Origin: Dimorphilus gyrociliatus
Lineage: Eukaryota > Animalia > Annelida
Assembly (NCBI GenBank): GCA_904063045.1
Contig: CAJFCJ010000030.1
Coordinates: 1-64,000, forward strand
DNA: 64,000 bases
Direction of reading: 5' to 3'
Of this stretch, positions 39,321 through 52,190 are shown one piece after another. Both the position numbers and the translations under genes were made by a program. The notes below the pieces were generated by a model. That model had not been told where the DNA came from. It saw nothing but the letters and a program-made list of their open reading frames with translations, and searched no databases. The first letter of the stretch is position 1, and each line of letters begins with the position of its first letter.

Positions 39321-40163
39321 ACGATTTATTGATATGAATAGCATACAGTTGTGTTTCTTTATGAAAATTTTACTAATCTTACATAAACGATAAAAAATTT
39401 ATATCAATGATGGATGCAAATATCAATAAGGCATCGGAAAAAGACTCCATTTTGCCATTTAAATATTATTCTTATTATTTATATTACACTATCGATTAGT
39501 ATTAATTAATAAGTAAGTAATATATAACTCTAGACAATATATCGTCTATTTTTTATTAAGGACTTTGACTGACTGCAAAACCGGGTTTACTAATATTCGG
39601 CAAAGCCGGATATAAGTCAACCTAAGAGGGGCGAACCGGAAACAAATTACTTCCGATTTATGAGAACCTCGCAATTTGTATCCCCCTCTTCTCTGTGGTT
39701 AGCTTTAGGAAAAGGACTTTTAACATCTGCAGGGAGAAGCTTATAAGCGAATTTTTTATACTTAAAACGTAAAAACACATTATCTATCTCTAAATTAAAG
39801 TGAATTTCACTAGTATTAGAAATATTTAGCATATGACAGCTCCTTAATGGAGGAATAAGATAATTCGACCATAAAGGGCTTTTAAGTAGCTTTTCATATA
39901 GTATGAAAGTTTTAGGCCCTTAAGAGCGTTAGGCATCCTTCGCATTTTTTCACCCAGCTCCGTCTCTATATTTCTCCATTTCTAGCGATTTCACTAAAAA
40001 CTTATATGAATCAGAAATTATCATTTTATTATTCAACGTATTAAATTGTTTGTATTATGACCTTAATTTCGACTAGTAAAATAATAAAATTTCGTCATGC
40101 ACGAATATTCTAAACAGTAATAACGTATATCATACGTAAAATGTAAATAATGTTACATATAAT

Positions 40164-40194
<31 letters not shown>

Positions 40195-40195
40195 T
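40164..40195. repeat. (TAA)n trinucleotide repeat
   Basis: Read directly from the sequence. Confidence 0.9.
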
Positions 40196-40603
40196 TAAAG
40201 TGTATATTATGCTTTTGTAATGATAATAACATTCTTCGTGACTAATCGCATAATCGTGTTTTATAAAAAAAGAACAAACACTTGAACACGACTGTTACGT
40301 ACACTGTCAGCACCAAAAATAAAAAAAAGAAAAAACAAAAGTAATTCTGTTCCTAACATAGGCCTAATCTCTCTAAAACTTAATATAACGCCTGAATAAA
40401 TGCCTCAAAAAATGTATAAGCTATATATACTGTATATATATATAAGATATAACATTTCTATAGACTGTTGTAAAAGGGACGAATTTTTAAAATAAATTTA
40501 ATAAGGAAAAAAAATCAAAGAGGTTTATTTGCCTCTTTTTCTTCATTTCTCTTCCTTCCTAAAATCATTTTCTTAGAATTTTCTTGGTGTTTTTTTTTTT
40601 CTC

Positions 40604-43600
40604 TTAAGGTGGTACGTAGGGAGGTGGTTGACGACTTGGAGCAGGTGGTGAAGGCCTTTGACCAAATGATGAAGTTCCACTGCTAAATGTTGATGGACGC
40701 ATATATCTACCCTGATCAGGATCAGTTTCTGGTGGTTTTTCGTTGGCCAAAATCAGAGGTTTTGTTACTGATTGTGGGTTATCGTCAAGTTCGTCAGCAA
40801 AAATGACCGGTATACCTTTACTCACGAACGTTTGTTTATCGGTTACACTCATTTTACCTTTCCTTTTAGCTCTGTAAAGGATACAAGCAACAATTGCTCC
40901 AAACAGCAGAACAAACGCTATCAAACTTGATGCTATTATAATTGTCAAAGTTGTTTCAGTGGCAGCGGGACGAGGTGGTTTTGTTTTTTCAATCTTATCT
41001 TTTACTACAGCAACTTCTAACGGCTTTAAATCATACCCAAGAGAACATTTTCCAACAGCTTGAAATGAGAATAACTTAATATCCCACGGTCTCATTGCTC
41101 TCAAAAAATCCTTCCTAACAACACAATTTATCATGCCAGGTTCGCAGTCAACCATTTTTAAAATATTTCTCTTAATACGGCGGACAGGACAGGACGTACG
41201 CTTCGACATTTCAGCTATGGAACCATCGATGGAACTATCCCTCCAGGTGAAAAGAACAGAGCCTCTACGAATTTGCAACATTCGAACTGTATTCTCTCGT
41301 TCTTTTGGATGTAAATATTTACTTATTTTCTCTGCCAATTCAACTCGATTTCGACTGCCTCCCAATCTAAAATCTTCAAAATTATAATCGATAACAATAG
41401 AAAATTCGTGAGTTGTATATTCTTCTCGAGGAGCCTTTTCAATATTAACAAAAAATGTAGCATGTGCTACTTTCCCACCCTTATCAACAGCCGACAATAT
41501 ATACCCGATCTTAGCATGATCATCTTCCGTAGGCATACCCCAAAGAGTTTGATTTTCTTCATCTAATTGTAACCAGTGGATCGGGTCTATTTCCCAGTGA
41601 TCTGCACTTTTCAACACTAGCTGTAAATTTCTAGTAGTTCCCTCTTCGATATCAGAGAATGCGTTTTCTGGTATGAGATAACGAAACACCTTTCCAGGCA
41701 TGGCATACGGTAAATCAAATTTGTTAAAATCAGGACCAAGAACTGGGTTATTATTGAAAGGCGTTGTTGTCTTCTGTGTAGTGGAACTTGGCTTTTCTGT
41801 AGAAATCGGGGCAACACTCTCTAGTACAACACTAGATGACATTTCCTCTTCGGTAACAACCGCTGTAGGCCTAATAAGATCGATATCTTCAACAGATACT
41901 GTAGTGCCCAATGTAGTTTTTCTTGTGTGATCGCAATGGTGATGTCGGCATTTGTGAGTACTTGCTGAGCCAGAAGTAGTAATTATTGATGGACTCGTAG
42001 TTGGCCATTCAGGGCCCGATCCTTCGATTTCTTCATTATTTTTAGAAGATACAATATTACCATTTTTATTATTGTGTCTAATTTCTCTCCTCCTCCTTTT
42101 TGATTTCACAACCTTAACATTATTTACGGACCAACCTCGGATATTTCTACCGAGTATTTTAGCTAGAGTACCATTTTTTGCTAGCTCTCCTAAGCTTTCC
42201 AAATATTTTACGTGCTTTGCACGAACTTTCCCACATCCGACACCCCAGGATAGAGCGGTTCCTTTGCCGGCGTCCAATGAGAAAACGTTTCCTGGTCCGG
42301 AAATTAAGGACTCGCCCAGTAATTCAGAATCGTCTCTTCTCAATAAAGAAACATCTCCAGTGGAGATATTCAAATGGTGAGCTAATTTCTTTATTAAAAG
42401 GTAGTCGTTCGAGACCACTTCTTTCTCAACAGCATCTAATACAATTTTAACCATTGTAGATATTTCAGGACAATCGGTTTCGGGTTGAAGGACGGCTATC
42501 GTAAAGACGTCATGAGCTTTTGATGACGACCCGTGAGCATTTACATGGACGAAATGTTGACGGGTGTCTGTTAATTGCGGAACGCCTTGCAAAATTTTCG
42601 AGGTAGCATTGTACTTTAACCATCCCGCAAGAGGGGAAGTGGAATTTTCAGCGGAACGAAACTGAAGTGGAAATAAATGAGTTTTATATTATTTGACGTA
42701 TAGTCAATAAAGTTCAGTTAAATATATTTCGAAAACTCTCAACGAACGTTAATTAACCGACAGATAGTCTTCCGTGATTATGTGCTTTATCAGGCGGAGA
42801 TATTTCAATCATCAAATGATACAATTCTCTCTATATTTCTCATGTTTTTCTATGAGTAAAATCTTTTGAAGTACCTCTTTTGTGAATAGCTAAATAAATT
42901 AGATTTGATATTTCTAGATTTTGAGTATAGAAGAAATTAAATAGACTTATGATTAATATATACATATATGAAAATAGACTGAGAAAGGACTAGACGTTTG
43001 TCAATTTTCTTCAAGGTTACTTAACTTTTTTATGAACAAAGTTGGAAATGGTTTTTTAAAATGTTATCCTTTCGAAATACATAAAAAATAAGTCAAAAAT
43101 CGGAACCGAACTAAAATTAATTAGAGATTTAATTAATATATGGTCAACAATATAAAACCGCTTCCAGATAAAATCGAAGATCGTCCTAAGGGGAGTTGTT
43201 GGCTAGATTAAATCATGTCGGTTGTATTAGAAGATGGGAAACGCCCCAGCACGTTTTGTTTGCTGGGCGAACGAAAAGAGAAAGAGGCAAAATTTACTGT
43301 GCAACTACTAAAGCCATTACAGAATCGTAAGCTCGTAGCACGAACGAATAAACTACTCGGGCCAGCGTAAACATAATTAGAGCGAGAAAGCCGTTGTGGG
43401 GATTAGTCTCGGTCAAAAAAAAAGCCGCCCTGCAATGTAAAGTGAAGGGAGCGTAAGGCAAGAAGGGCAAATTTTCTCGTGTTTGTTCACTTTTAACATT
43501 AGAACACGATACCTAATAAATTTTTATTTGGTATCGTAGAATTAGTTTAAATCTAGTATAGAAAGACGTCTTTCATTCTCAGTTATTTAAACAAAAAGGT

Positions 43601-44194
43601 CCTGCGTCGCCGGCGGCCTTCAAGAAAAATAATATTTATAAACATTTCAAAATACAAAGGGAACTAAAAGGTCTAAATGTTAAACAATTCCCTTAGTATT
43701 GAAATAGAAGGCGTATTATTTCAAATATAAACTGCCTCAAGTAATATCGGCATCATCTTTCAATCGGAAAAAAGCTATAGAAGGATAAAGAGAAAAAGAA
43801 ACGAAATTCATCTATCACCACCCACTACCTCTTATCAAGCCGGAGGGCTTAGCATTTTGGGCATCTTTTTCAGACACCTTCAACGATTCAAATAAAGGAA
43901 AAAAAAACACTTGAAGCAGTTCTCTTCTAGTCTCCTAAGTAGGAACTAACTTAATGTAAACAACTTTTATTACCCATTATAAGAAAAAAACGAATGATTT
44001 ACCTCATATCTTAAGACGTCTCCTTTAAAAGCATCCTTGGGTATTAAAAGTTCAAACAGTTTGCCAACATAAGCCGCCTTATCGGGTACACCCCATAATA
44101 ATTCAACTGGTCCCACATCTCTTTTCATTAAAAACTCATTGCCCCAGCTAGACGCCGCCAGCAAAGAGCAGACGAATAGGATCCTTGCTGCCAT
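40604..44194 (-). CDS. DAG1: Dystroglycan, about 749 aa, 2 coding exons
   Basis: Exons 44194-44003 and 42661-40604. Signal peptide, cadherin-like domain (WLKYN...LQGVP), furin-like KRRRR, Thr/Ser/Pro mucin region, second cadherin-like domain, SEA module with RRGSV cleavage motif, TM helix, RAKRKGKM, TFVSKGIPVIFADEL, terminal PPPYVPP. Confidence 0.95.
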
Positions 44195-45481
44195 TAAGAC
44201 CGGGAAAATTTATGAAAAGAAGAAATGGGAGTCGAGAAACCACTCCAATTGAAGTTTCTTTTCTTCTTTCCAACTGATTCACGACTGTGGCTAATTACTA
44301 TAAACTCCTAAGCATTCCTTTCCCTTTCGCGAAGAGTTGGCCAGTCAGCGGTTGCGCTGGAAAAGGCGGGGAGAAAAAAATGAGGTTAATGCGTAGCAGA
44401 GCTTTTGGCTAACTTCTTATACATAATATATTAATATTATATAAAAAAAGTATAGATACTAAAAATATGTACAAATATAACCAACATGTATATCGCTAAA
44501 ATAGGAAAATATCCATACATTTATACAACAAACATGTTTATATATAAATATATAGAGATAGCTAGATATTATATTGCATACAATTCCTGATTAGAGGATA
44601 GCTTTATAGGAAAGAGAACAATTCGGATGAGAATAAATAGAGCACTCTAATGTCAGCTTATTGTCCAGAAGTAGAAATTTAAGGAATTAGTCTGTCGATA
44701 CACAACTATACGCTGTTATTTACGTTTCACCGCTTATATCGAAGATACTCGATACGTGGAGATAAACACTTCACTAATTAATGGTCATTTTTTTACCGAT
44801 AACCTCGCATCTAACTGTTGTGTATATGTTTTACGCTTGAAAATAACACTTTCCCGTTTATCTATTGTTTTTTTTTTCCTTGTTAATTTATGTCTAATAA
44901 ATTCTTCAGCTTGTTATATAACAACTCATGTCGTCCAAATAATTACTTTAATGATTCAATCGACACGGCAGATGACCTTTACTGATACATAGATTCGTTC
45001 ATTTCCTTTTCATTTATATATCTTAATTCGAATTTCGTCTCCTGCCCTAAGAGACCATTTGGATAAGAATTGAAAAATAAAAGAAAAAAAAACCAAGAGC
45101 TCCTACTACATACAATCCAATATGTCGGGATCTATGTAAAAGGTTTGCTTTATGTAACGCATAAATATTTAGACTGCAAGAAGACGACTACTGAACCATA
45201 AAGACGGCAGCTGGTTAGATAAAAAATATAGATAAGAGACAATATAATTCTATATACTTTACCCTTAATAATGTATTAACGATATCTCTAAGAAATCAGT
45301 TATCCGCGCAATTCAAAGAGAACAGGCACGTGCATTCCGATTATATAATCCTTTATTATACACAAACGCACATTTATTAACAGCAATATACCTTTCGCTA
45401 TTAGACACGAATCGCTTTTTAGTAATATAACGCAGGATGCTGTTTATATCAGGCTACTGCGGTCTGAGCTGCAAATGCTAG

Positions 45482-45516
45482 GTCACGTGACTACAAATCC
45501 TTCAGGTCTGATTGGC
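45482..45516. promoter_or_regulatory. Promoter-like cluster: GTCACGTGAC E-box, overlapping ACTACAAATCC (ZNF143/STAF-like) and reverse CCAAT box
   Basis: ggtcacgtgactacaaatccttcaggtctgattggcc lies upstream of dystroglycan. The assignment to that gene is inference. Confidence 0.5.
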
Positions 45517-45607
45517 CGGCGTTCCGATAGCGATAATGTTCTTTTCACACTGCTAGTAAAAAGAGCAAGAGAGAAAGAATGTGTGTGAGGGTGTATATGT
45601 ACGTGCG

Positions 45608-45609
<2 letters not shown>

Positions 45610-45641
<32 letters not shown>

Positions 45642-45657
45642 TATATATGTTTATGTG

Positions 45658-45702
<45 letters not shown>
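45610..45702. repeat. Two adjacent (TA)n microsatellites; another at 31449-31482
   Basis: Read directly from the sequence. Confidence 0.9.
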
Positions 45703-45705
<3 letters not shown>

Positions 45706-48176
45706 TAGATATTCTAGATATATTGTGTGTGTGGGAGAGAAGAACGATCGATTTGTCCGCGGAACAAACAAAGCGACAGACAATTTAATATAGGTCTATA
45801 CAGTATACCACTTTACAAAAGTAACGGCAAAGAGATAAATAATATATTAAAAAAGAAAGAAACATATAATACACAAATTTATTCCTGTACACGAGTTTCG
45901 CAGATATTATTACAAACTGTGGCCATCATCCGCAGACAAATACTCCAGATTTTTTTTCTTTTTTTTCGAACGGCCAAAAAACATTAAACCACTAACTCGT
46001 TCATATTCGATGTGACGGCAAAACCCTACAGATTTCGCACTAGAAATTAATTTATTCTTAGCACGATGGACGCTTCTTTCTTTCTCTTTTTGTTCCATTC
46101 GCCTCCCCCTTGCTCTCGACCCCCTATCGCCCCTCTCTAGCGCGGGTGTTCGCTCTTTTAAAAAACGAAGTCGATTTTTGACTCCTATGGGATATATTAA
46201 TCCAACGAACCGAAAGGATAGAGAGAAAGGGAATAAAAAGAGAAAGAATGACTATAGAGAGAGTAGGAGGGAAATACGACCGATAAAATACGCAATCGAG
46301 AAATGAAACAAAACGGAAAGAGATTAATCTTTTTGCATTCGCAATCTCATGACTTTTAAAAAATAAATTAGAATAAACTGGCTATATTATAATTTTAGTA
46401 ATTCAAAGCCAATCAGTCATTGGCTGTAAACTAGTCCGTTTTTCAATTATTTTACTTTCTCTTTTCCAAAAAAGATATAAAAAACGAAATTGTTTATATA
46501 AATGAAATATTATAGCTAGTGAAAATATATATTTCCGTATCATTCGAATTGGGTAGAACGCCGATAATCAATTCGGAACGTTCCAATTCAATTATCATTC
46601 AATTACAACCTGTGTACTTGCCTGATAATAGACTATTCTTTATTTTGTATTCTCGTTCATTAAGAAAAAACTATTTAGACATTTTATGTTCCGTGAATAG
46701 TTGAAATATATAAAAACAAAAAAACGAGAAAAAAAAGCACAAACGTTCGTGTTTGCAGCAAACCGAGTAGAAACACTAAAAATTACCATTTTTATGATGG
46801 ATTGTATAAAGACACCTGAACCCTGCCGGTAGTGGTTGTCGAGGGAATTATTACTGCTACATTAAGCCTATAATTTGAAACGAAGGGCAATTTACCGCAG
46901 TTGTATAACAGATTAATATACAGTATATTCAAATACCATTCACATCACTCCAGTGGACAACGTTAGGAAAAAGACGATCACTAGATTGATCAATTGCAAT
47001 ATATCTACATAGAGGAGCAGTTAGCAGAGAGCCTATATTTTGTACTGAAGGAGGAAGAGACAGCAAAATAGGGAATAGATAGATAAGATGAGTGACAAGA
47101 CTTCGCAAAAAGAATCCAGAAACTTATCGTCTTCAACTTTACCACCCACGACGTCACAAACAGAATACATTATTCGACATTAAAAGGGCCTTTTCAACCG
47201 TTATCATGCCTTATTGAACGAATACGAATAAAAAAGGAAAAAGTTAAAAAAAATCCATAATAAACCGACCCGACATTAACGACTCAACATCACGTGCAGC
47301 TAGGCAAACCACGCCAATTTATTGATTCATAGACGGTCCTTAATTTCTTCCAACGTACACACATACACAAGTATGTGTATACCCAACTTACAATCAATTA
47401 TGCTGATAAGCACGATATATCTCCTTAATTATGTGTTATGCGTATATAATAGGCAATAAAATATAGGCCTTATAAAATAGAAAAAGAGGAATAGCTGTAT
47501 CGTTTCTATAACTTCGAAAAACATACAATCGAATAATGACGAAAAGCAATTCTATAGACGCTAAGTCGAATTTAGTCGAATTTGCAATAATACGCTCATC
47601 TTGTTACTAAGCCAACCCTTAATCATACGCCGCTTATCAATCAGCGTAACTTCGATAACCGATTCAAACAGAACTAATAGGAAAAAGAAATGAGATAAGG
47701 TCCGAATTAAAGATTAGCCCTACCCTTTTCCCTTTTTTCTCGCCATATGTTAACCATTCGTTGCACGTGCGAAGCACGTTAAACGCGAGAATAATATACT
47801 GGGAATTAGCGGTGCTTTTAATCTACGTAAAGAATGAAATTTCTTTACTTATACCTATTTTTCTCAGCTTAGCGATATATTTGTAATTATTGGCCAGGCC
47901 GTAAAAAGTGTACAGACCTGAGCAAACGTTTGCCTATAAATTATTCAAATTCTTTTTTTACGAATGTACTTTAGTAAATTAAGCGGGTTGAGAGAGGATT
48001 AACGGGTGACGATTTTATCGCACGGATTTTTTACCCTTAACAACTTTTATCCCACTTATCTTGCTCTCTTTAAACTGATACCAATTAAAGAACAACGATA
48101 ACTTTCGCCAATAAAACGACATTTAAACTTATAAAGAAAGTAATATTTAAAAAGAACAAATTTTATTCGATAGTGA

Positions 48177-48190
48177 ACGCCATCTAGCAG
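48177..48190 (-). promoter_or_regulatory. CTCF-like motif (reverse: CTGCTAGATGGCGT), with ETS-like ACTTCCGG nearby at 48393-48400
   Basis: Consensus matches upstream of the MFS transporter gene. Confidence 0.5.
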
Positions 48191-48808
48191 ACCATCAGTT
48201 TTTTTCTTATTAACGCACCGTTCTCAGATATTTTATATCAGAAGCGATTATACATGATAGATACTACTTTCATAAACCTATTAGTCATAGTTTTAAAGTG
48301 TAAAGCTTACCTTGGCAGCTGGATGATGTCTAGTTTGTTCCGTCAGGGTCGCGTTTGTTACTTTGTCACTGCGAAACTATCGCCCTAGTACCACTTCCGG
48401 AAAATATTTATTTAAATATCTGACATGTAAAAAATAGAGAGGGATATTATTGTTGTAAAAATTGAATTATAAAAAAAATCCGAAAAGAATTTTGCAAGAT
48501 CCGCCAAAATTTAAAAATTATTCTTCGAATATTTTGATAAAATATTCATAAAGGTCTAAGGCGGATTTAAATTATTAACAGATTCAACTGAAAATTTTGC
48601 CACGTTTTTTGACAAACCATGAGTGGGAAATTCTTTTTTAGTTTAATAATTTACTGAAGAACAATACTCGTTAATTGTTAAATCAGGTAAAATACCCACA
48701 TTGTTTACCAGTTTTCATTTCAGATTATAAGCATTTCGTCATTCTTGAGAGAAACAATACTGCGTTTTTAACTTTTTACTTACCATTTATAATCTTAAGG
48801 CAAGAATT

Positions 48809-50628
48809 ATGAAATATCTAGAAACATCACTGAATTCAAGACAGACACTAATATTTTTCATTGCATGTATTGTAACTATTTTAAACTTATGGACAGAAAA
48901 GCAAACCAAACAGGTGGAAGACATAAACAAAAATCAGTTTACTTATTTGACATCTCGCTGTCTTTCAGATTACAGATAGCCAAAAGCACTTGATAAATTT
49001 TCGACATGTTTCTGCAGATATTAATGATGTACTTTCTTTTGAACCATACGCATTCGCACAGGTGATATATATTTATATATATATATATTATTCATTCGTT
49101 AATTTAAGATGGCAGCTTTTTATAAATATTGATTTAATAGATATTTCTGTCATCTATTGGAGATGTTTACAGTGCACGAAAAGCATTATCGTTAATGCTT
49201 TTAGTCTCAGCCACCTCAATGGTTTGTATTCATGCGATGTTACTATTTTATTAAGCTGTCATAAATGCATTCTCTCTTACTATCTTGCTACAGATCGTTT
49301 TCCAACTTTGTATTGTACATTCCATAACAGGAATTGGTTTCCTTATCTTTTTGGCTCGATTTGCTCAAGTAATTGAGAAAAAGATATATTACTCTAATTA
49401 AATTGTAATTTTTCACCTTGAAGGCACTTTCTTGGCCAAATTGCGCGAAAATTCTTTCATCTTGGCTTCCAGATAGAAGCAGAAATCTTATCTTTGGAAT
49501 ATTTGGTAGTTTTATAATCTTTGGTAGCAATATGGAAATCATCCTCCCACGCTCTGTATTCATTTCCAGACAATTAATTTTTATTATATCTCCTACTATT
49601 GTAAGTTCACCAATTTTTATATAAAAGACATTCTTAAAAAGAAATATTCGCCAACAGATGCTCCTTAGTATAATTGTATTCCTTTTCTTCGAGGAAAGAA
49701 ATAAAATATCAATAGATATTCCAAAAAAAGGTTTAATTGTTATTTTATTGAATGGTCTCTCTTAGTATAAACTTTCATTCCAAGTAGCTTTACAACATAA
49801 TACAGAAGGTACGGATAAGATAATCCGTCAGATTAATCCTATTTCTATTATTAATTTAAAGTAAGCCATACTATAATGTTTCGTAGTATCGTATATACTG
49901 TATTTGTTTATTAAATTATCACGTACAGGCTTGTGAAAGAAATATCTTTTGGAATGTTTTGCTTGAAATTTTTTCAGGGTATGATCTTAGGATTAATTTC
50001 CAAAGGGTTCTATTCCAGTCTACCGTTAGTAGTGGGCAGTGCTATTTACTCTGGACTCCTAGGTTTTATTACAGACAGGTTTGTAAAAGTCAGAATAACC
50101 TTTTTTATTAACACTTTATTTTAAGATATTAAACTTTTAGAAAGCTCAAGGGGACAGCTCTAAATGTCGTATCCGCCTCCATGCTTATCAGTTCATTTTT
50201 TCTTGCTAGTTTCTTTTGCACAAGATGTTTTATTCCTTCATCTTCCGTTATATGGTTATCATTAGCAGGTACTACTAGCTTTGGCTGTGATTATTTTCTA
50301 GGTGGATCAATAGCAGCAGGTACGATAATTTAAATTTTAATTAGTTCTAGTTAAATTTAATTACAATAAATTACTTACAGAATTTGGTGAAAAACATAAT
50401 GCTATATCCGGGATTACAGGTATTGTTAATGGCTTCGGCTTTATTGCAACATTCCTTTGGAAAGCACTAAATAGAAGTGTTAAAACTGAATTGTCCTACT
50501 TAGTATCTTTAGCAATGATATTTAATTTACTTGGTAGTGTTATCGTTTTTAAAGCTGATCGTATATTCAACAAGGATAAATCTGAACGGGCTAAAGGCAC
50601 CCGCATTGAAGATTTACCTATCGTCTGA
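48809..50628 (+). CDS. Divergent MFS transporter, SLC37/GlpT (sugar-phosphate:Pi exchanger)-like, about 418 aa, 10 exons
   Basis: Exons 48809-48913, 48969-49061, 49141-49221, 49294-49368, 49424-49600, 49658-49730, 49785-49860, 49929-50078, 50141-50319, 50381-50628 join in frame. Motifs SIGDVYSARK, AQALSWPNCAKILSSWLPDRSRNLIFGIFG, GFITDR, GCDYFLGGSIAAEFG, GITGIVNGFG. Confidence 0.75.
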
Positions 50629-51234
50629 TCACGACTGCGATCTTATCATCTCGTGCTATTCGCTCTTTTTTTTATTGTGCTTATATTATTATTTTTTTTA
50701 TTGTTATTGGACAGGACCGTGGGAAAGGGAAAAAATTGACACTTGATTCTTATAAATGACTTATAAATACTAATAAACATTCATAGCTCTGTTGGTTTTG
50801 ATATTTATTTAAAGAGAAACAGAGATCTGATTTTTCTCACCTATCATGATATAGGATGCGTAGGTGAGAAAATTCTTTAGAAACGACCCAAATTCTTATA
50901 TCCACTAGCGCCTGCTACCAGTAAAAGCAATATTCAGTGCCGTTTATCTGACAAACGCTTACATTTCCCGTCCGTTTCCTTATCGTGCGCCTCTTTATTA
51001 CTGTCTACTTTTCGTTCTCTCTTTCGCCTTCTCTCTTTCCGTTTCTACCATTCAGTGGTTGGCGGAAAGTGGGAATACAGTGGCTGTTAACAAGAATTAC
51101 TTTAAACTAGCGAAAGTTATCCAGAACTTTCAAGTGGTGTTCGATTTATTTCAAATAGTTAGTATTAATTTTGTTTTTTATATAGTATACAAACTATGTT
51201 TCATCATTTGTAATACTATATAATAATAAATTAG

Positions 51235-51678
51235 ATGGACTTGACAGAAGAACAAATTGCGGAATTTAAAGAAGCTTTTTCTTTATTCGATAAAGACGGC
51301 GATGGTTGTATAACAACGAGAGAGCTTGGAACTGTCATGAGATCTCTGGGTCAGATACCGAGTGAAACCCAACTAGAAAAGATGATAAATGAGATTGACT
51401 CCGACGGCAATGGTATAATCGACTTTCCCGAATTTTTGATGATGATGGCTAAGAAGGTGAAGGACACGCCGAGTGAAGAAGAAATGAGAGCTGCCTTTAA
51501 AGTATTTGATCGAGATGGTAATGGGTTAATTTCAGCTTCTGAGCTACGTTACGTTATGGCTAATCTTGGTGAAAAAATGACTGACGAAGAGGTTGATGAA
51601 ATGATTCGCGAGACTGATTTAGACGGTGACGGTTTCGTTAATTATCAAGAGTTTGTTGCCATGATGTATCCTTCCTAA
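51235..51678 (+). CDS. Calmodulin-like protein, 147 aa, intronless CDS
   Basis: Four canonical EF-hand loops ([48 protein letters not shown]). Many substitutions relative to canonical calmodulin, so a paralog rather than CaM itself. Confidence 0.95.
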   Translation: MDLTEEQIAEFKEAFSLFDKDGDGCITTRELGTVMRSLGQIPSETQLEKMINEIDSDGNGIIDFPEFLMMMAKKVKDTPSEEEMRAAFKVFDRDGNGLISASELRYVMANLGEKMTDEEVDEMIRETDLDGDGFVNYQEFVAMMYPS

Positions 51679-52190
51679 ATTATTGAAGGAGAAAAGAACT
51701 GTCTTTGAAAATCTTATTATCTATTGTATTATTCTCTTTCTATATATCTATCTGTTTTTCTTTTCAATTATTTTAGTTGGATTTATTTGTCTATCTGGAT
51801 TTGCTTCTTTCTAAACTCTTTTAATTGTATGAAACGAAAAAAATAATGCTGACAACGGAAAACTCCGCATTACATATTCTTAGTTAAACGTGATCTTTTT
51901 CTTTACATAGCAATCAATCATATTCTAGACGTCTCCTCGCGCCATACGTCCTTCGAACAATCAATGATCGAATCGCAAATTCGTTTTTGGCAAAAAAGAA
52001 TTAAAGTAGAATAACTTTATGAAAATCGCTCCACAACTTATCTTGTTTCAACGTAACGGGTCAAAAAGGGTCTTTACGATAACGGAAAGCACTCATAATA
52101 CAATAGACACTTTATAAAAATTATTCAATTTGTACACTTTTTAAGTTAAATAAAACAAGAAAGATAAAATGTTTTTATATAAGAAAAAAG

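Noticed and set aside
39647-39832. 61-aa minus-strand ORF downstream of dystroglycan
   Set aside because: No homology, start context or partner exons identified.
41133-42450. Several ORFs overlapping dystroglycan on the opposite strand or in other frames
   Set aside because: These are shadow ORFs of a long coding exon. The same applies to ORFs overlapping the zinc-finger, WDR49-like, fibrinogen-domain and CSTF3 genes.
45553-45987. ORFs rich in IYIYIY
   Set aside because: They are translations of (TA)n microsatellites.
47184-47200. AAGGGCCTTTTCAACC resembling a histone stem-loop
   Set aside because: The 3' arm does not pair and there is no histone ORF upstream.
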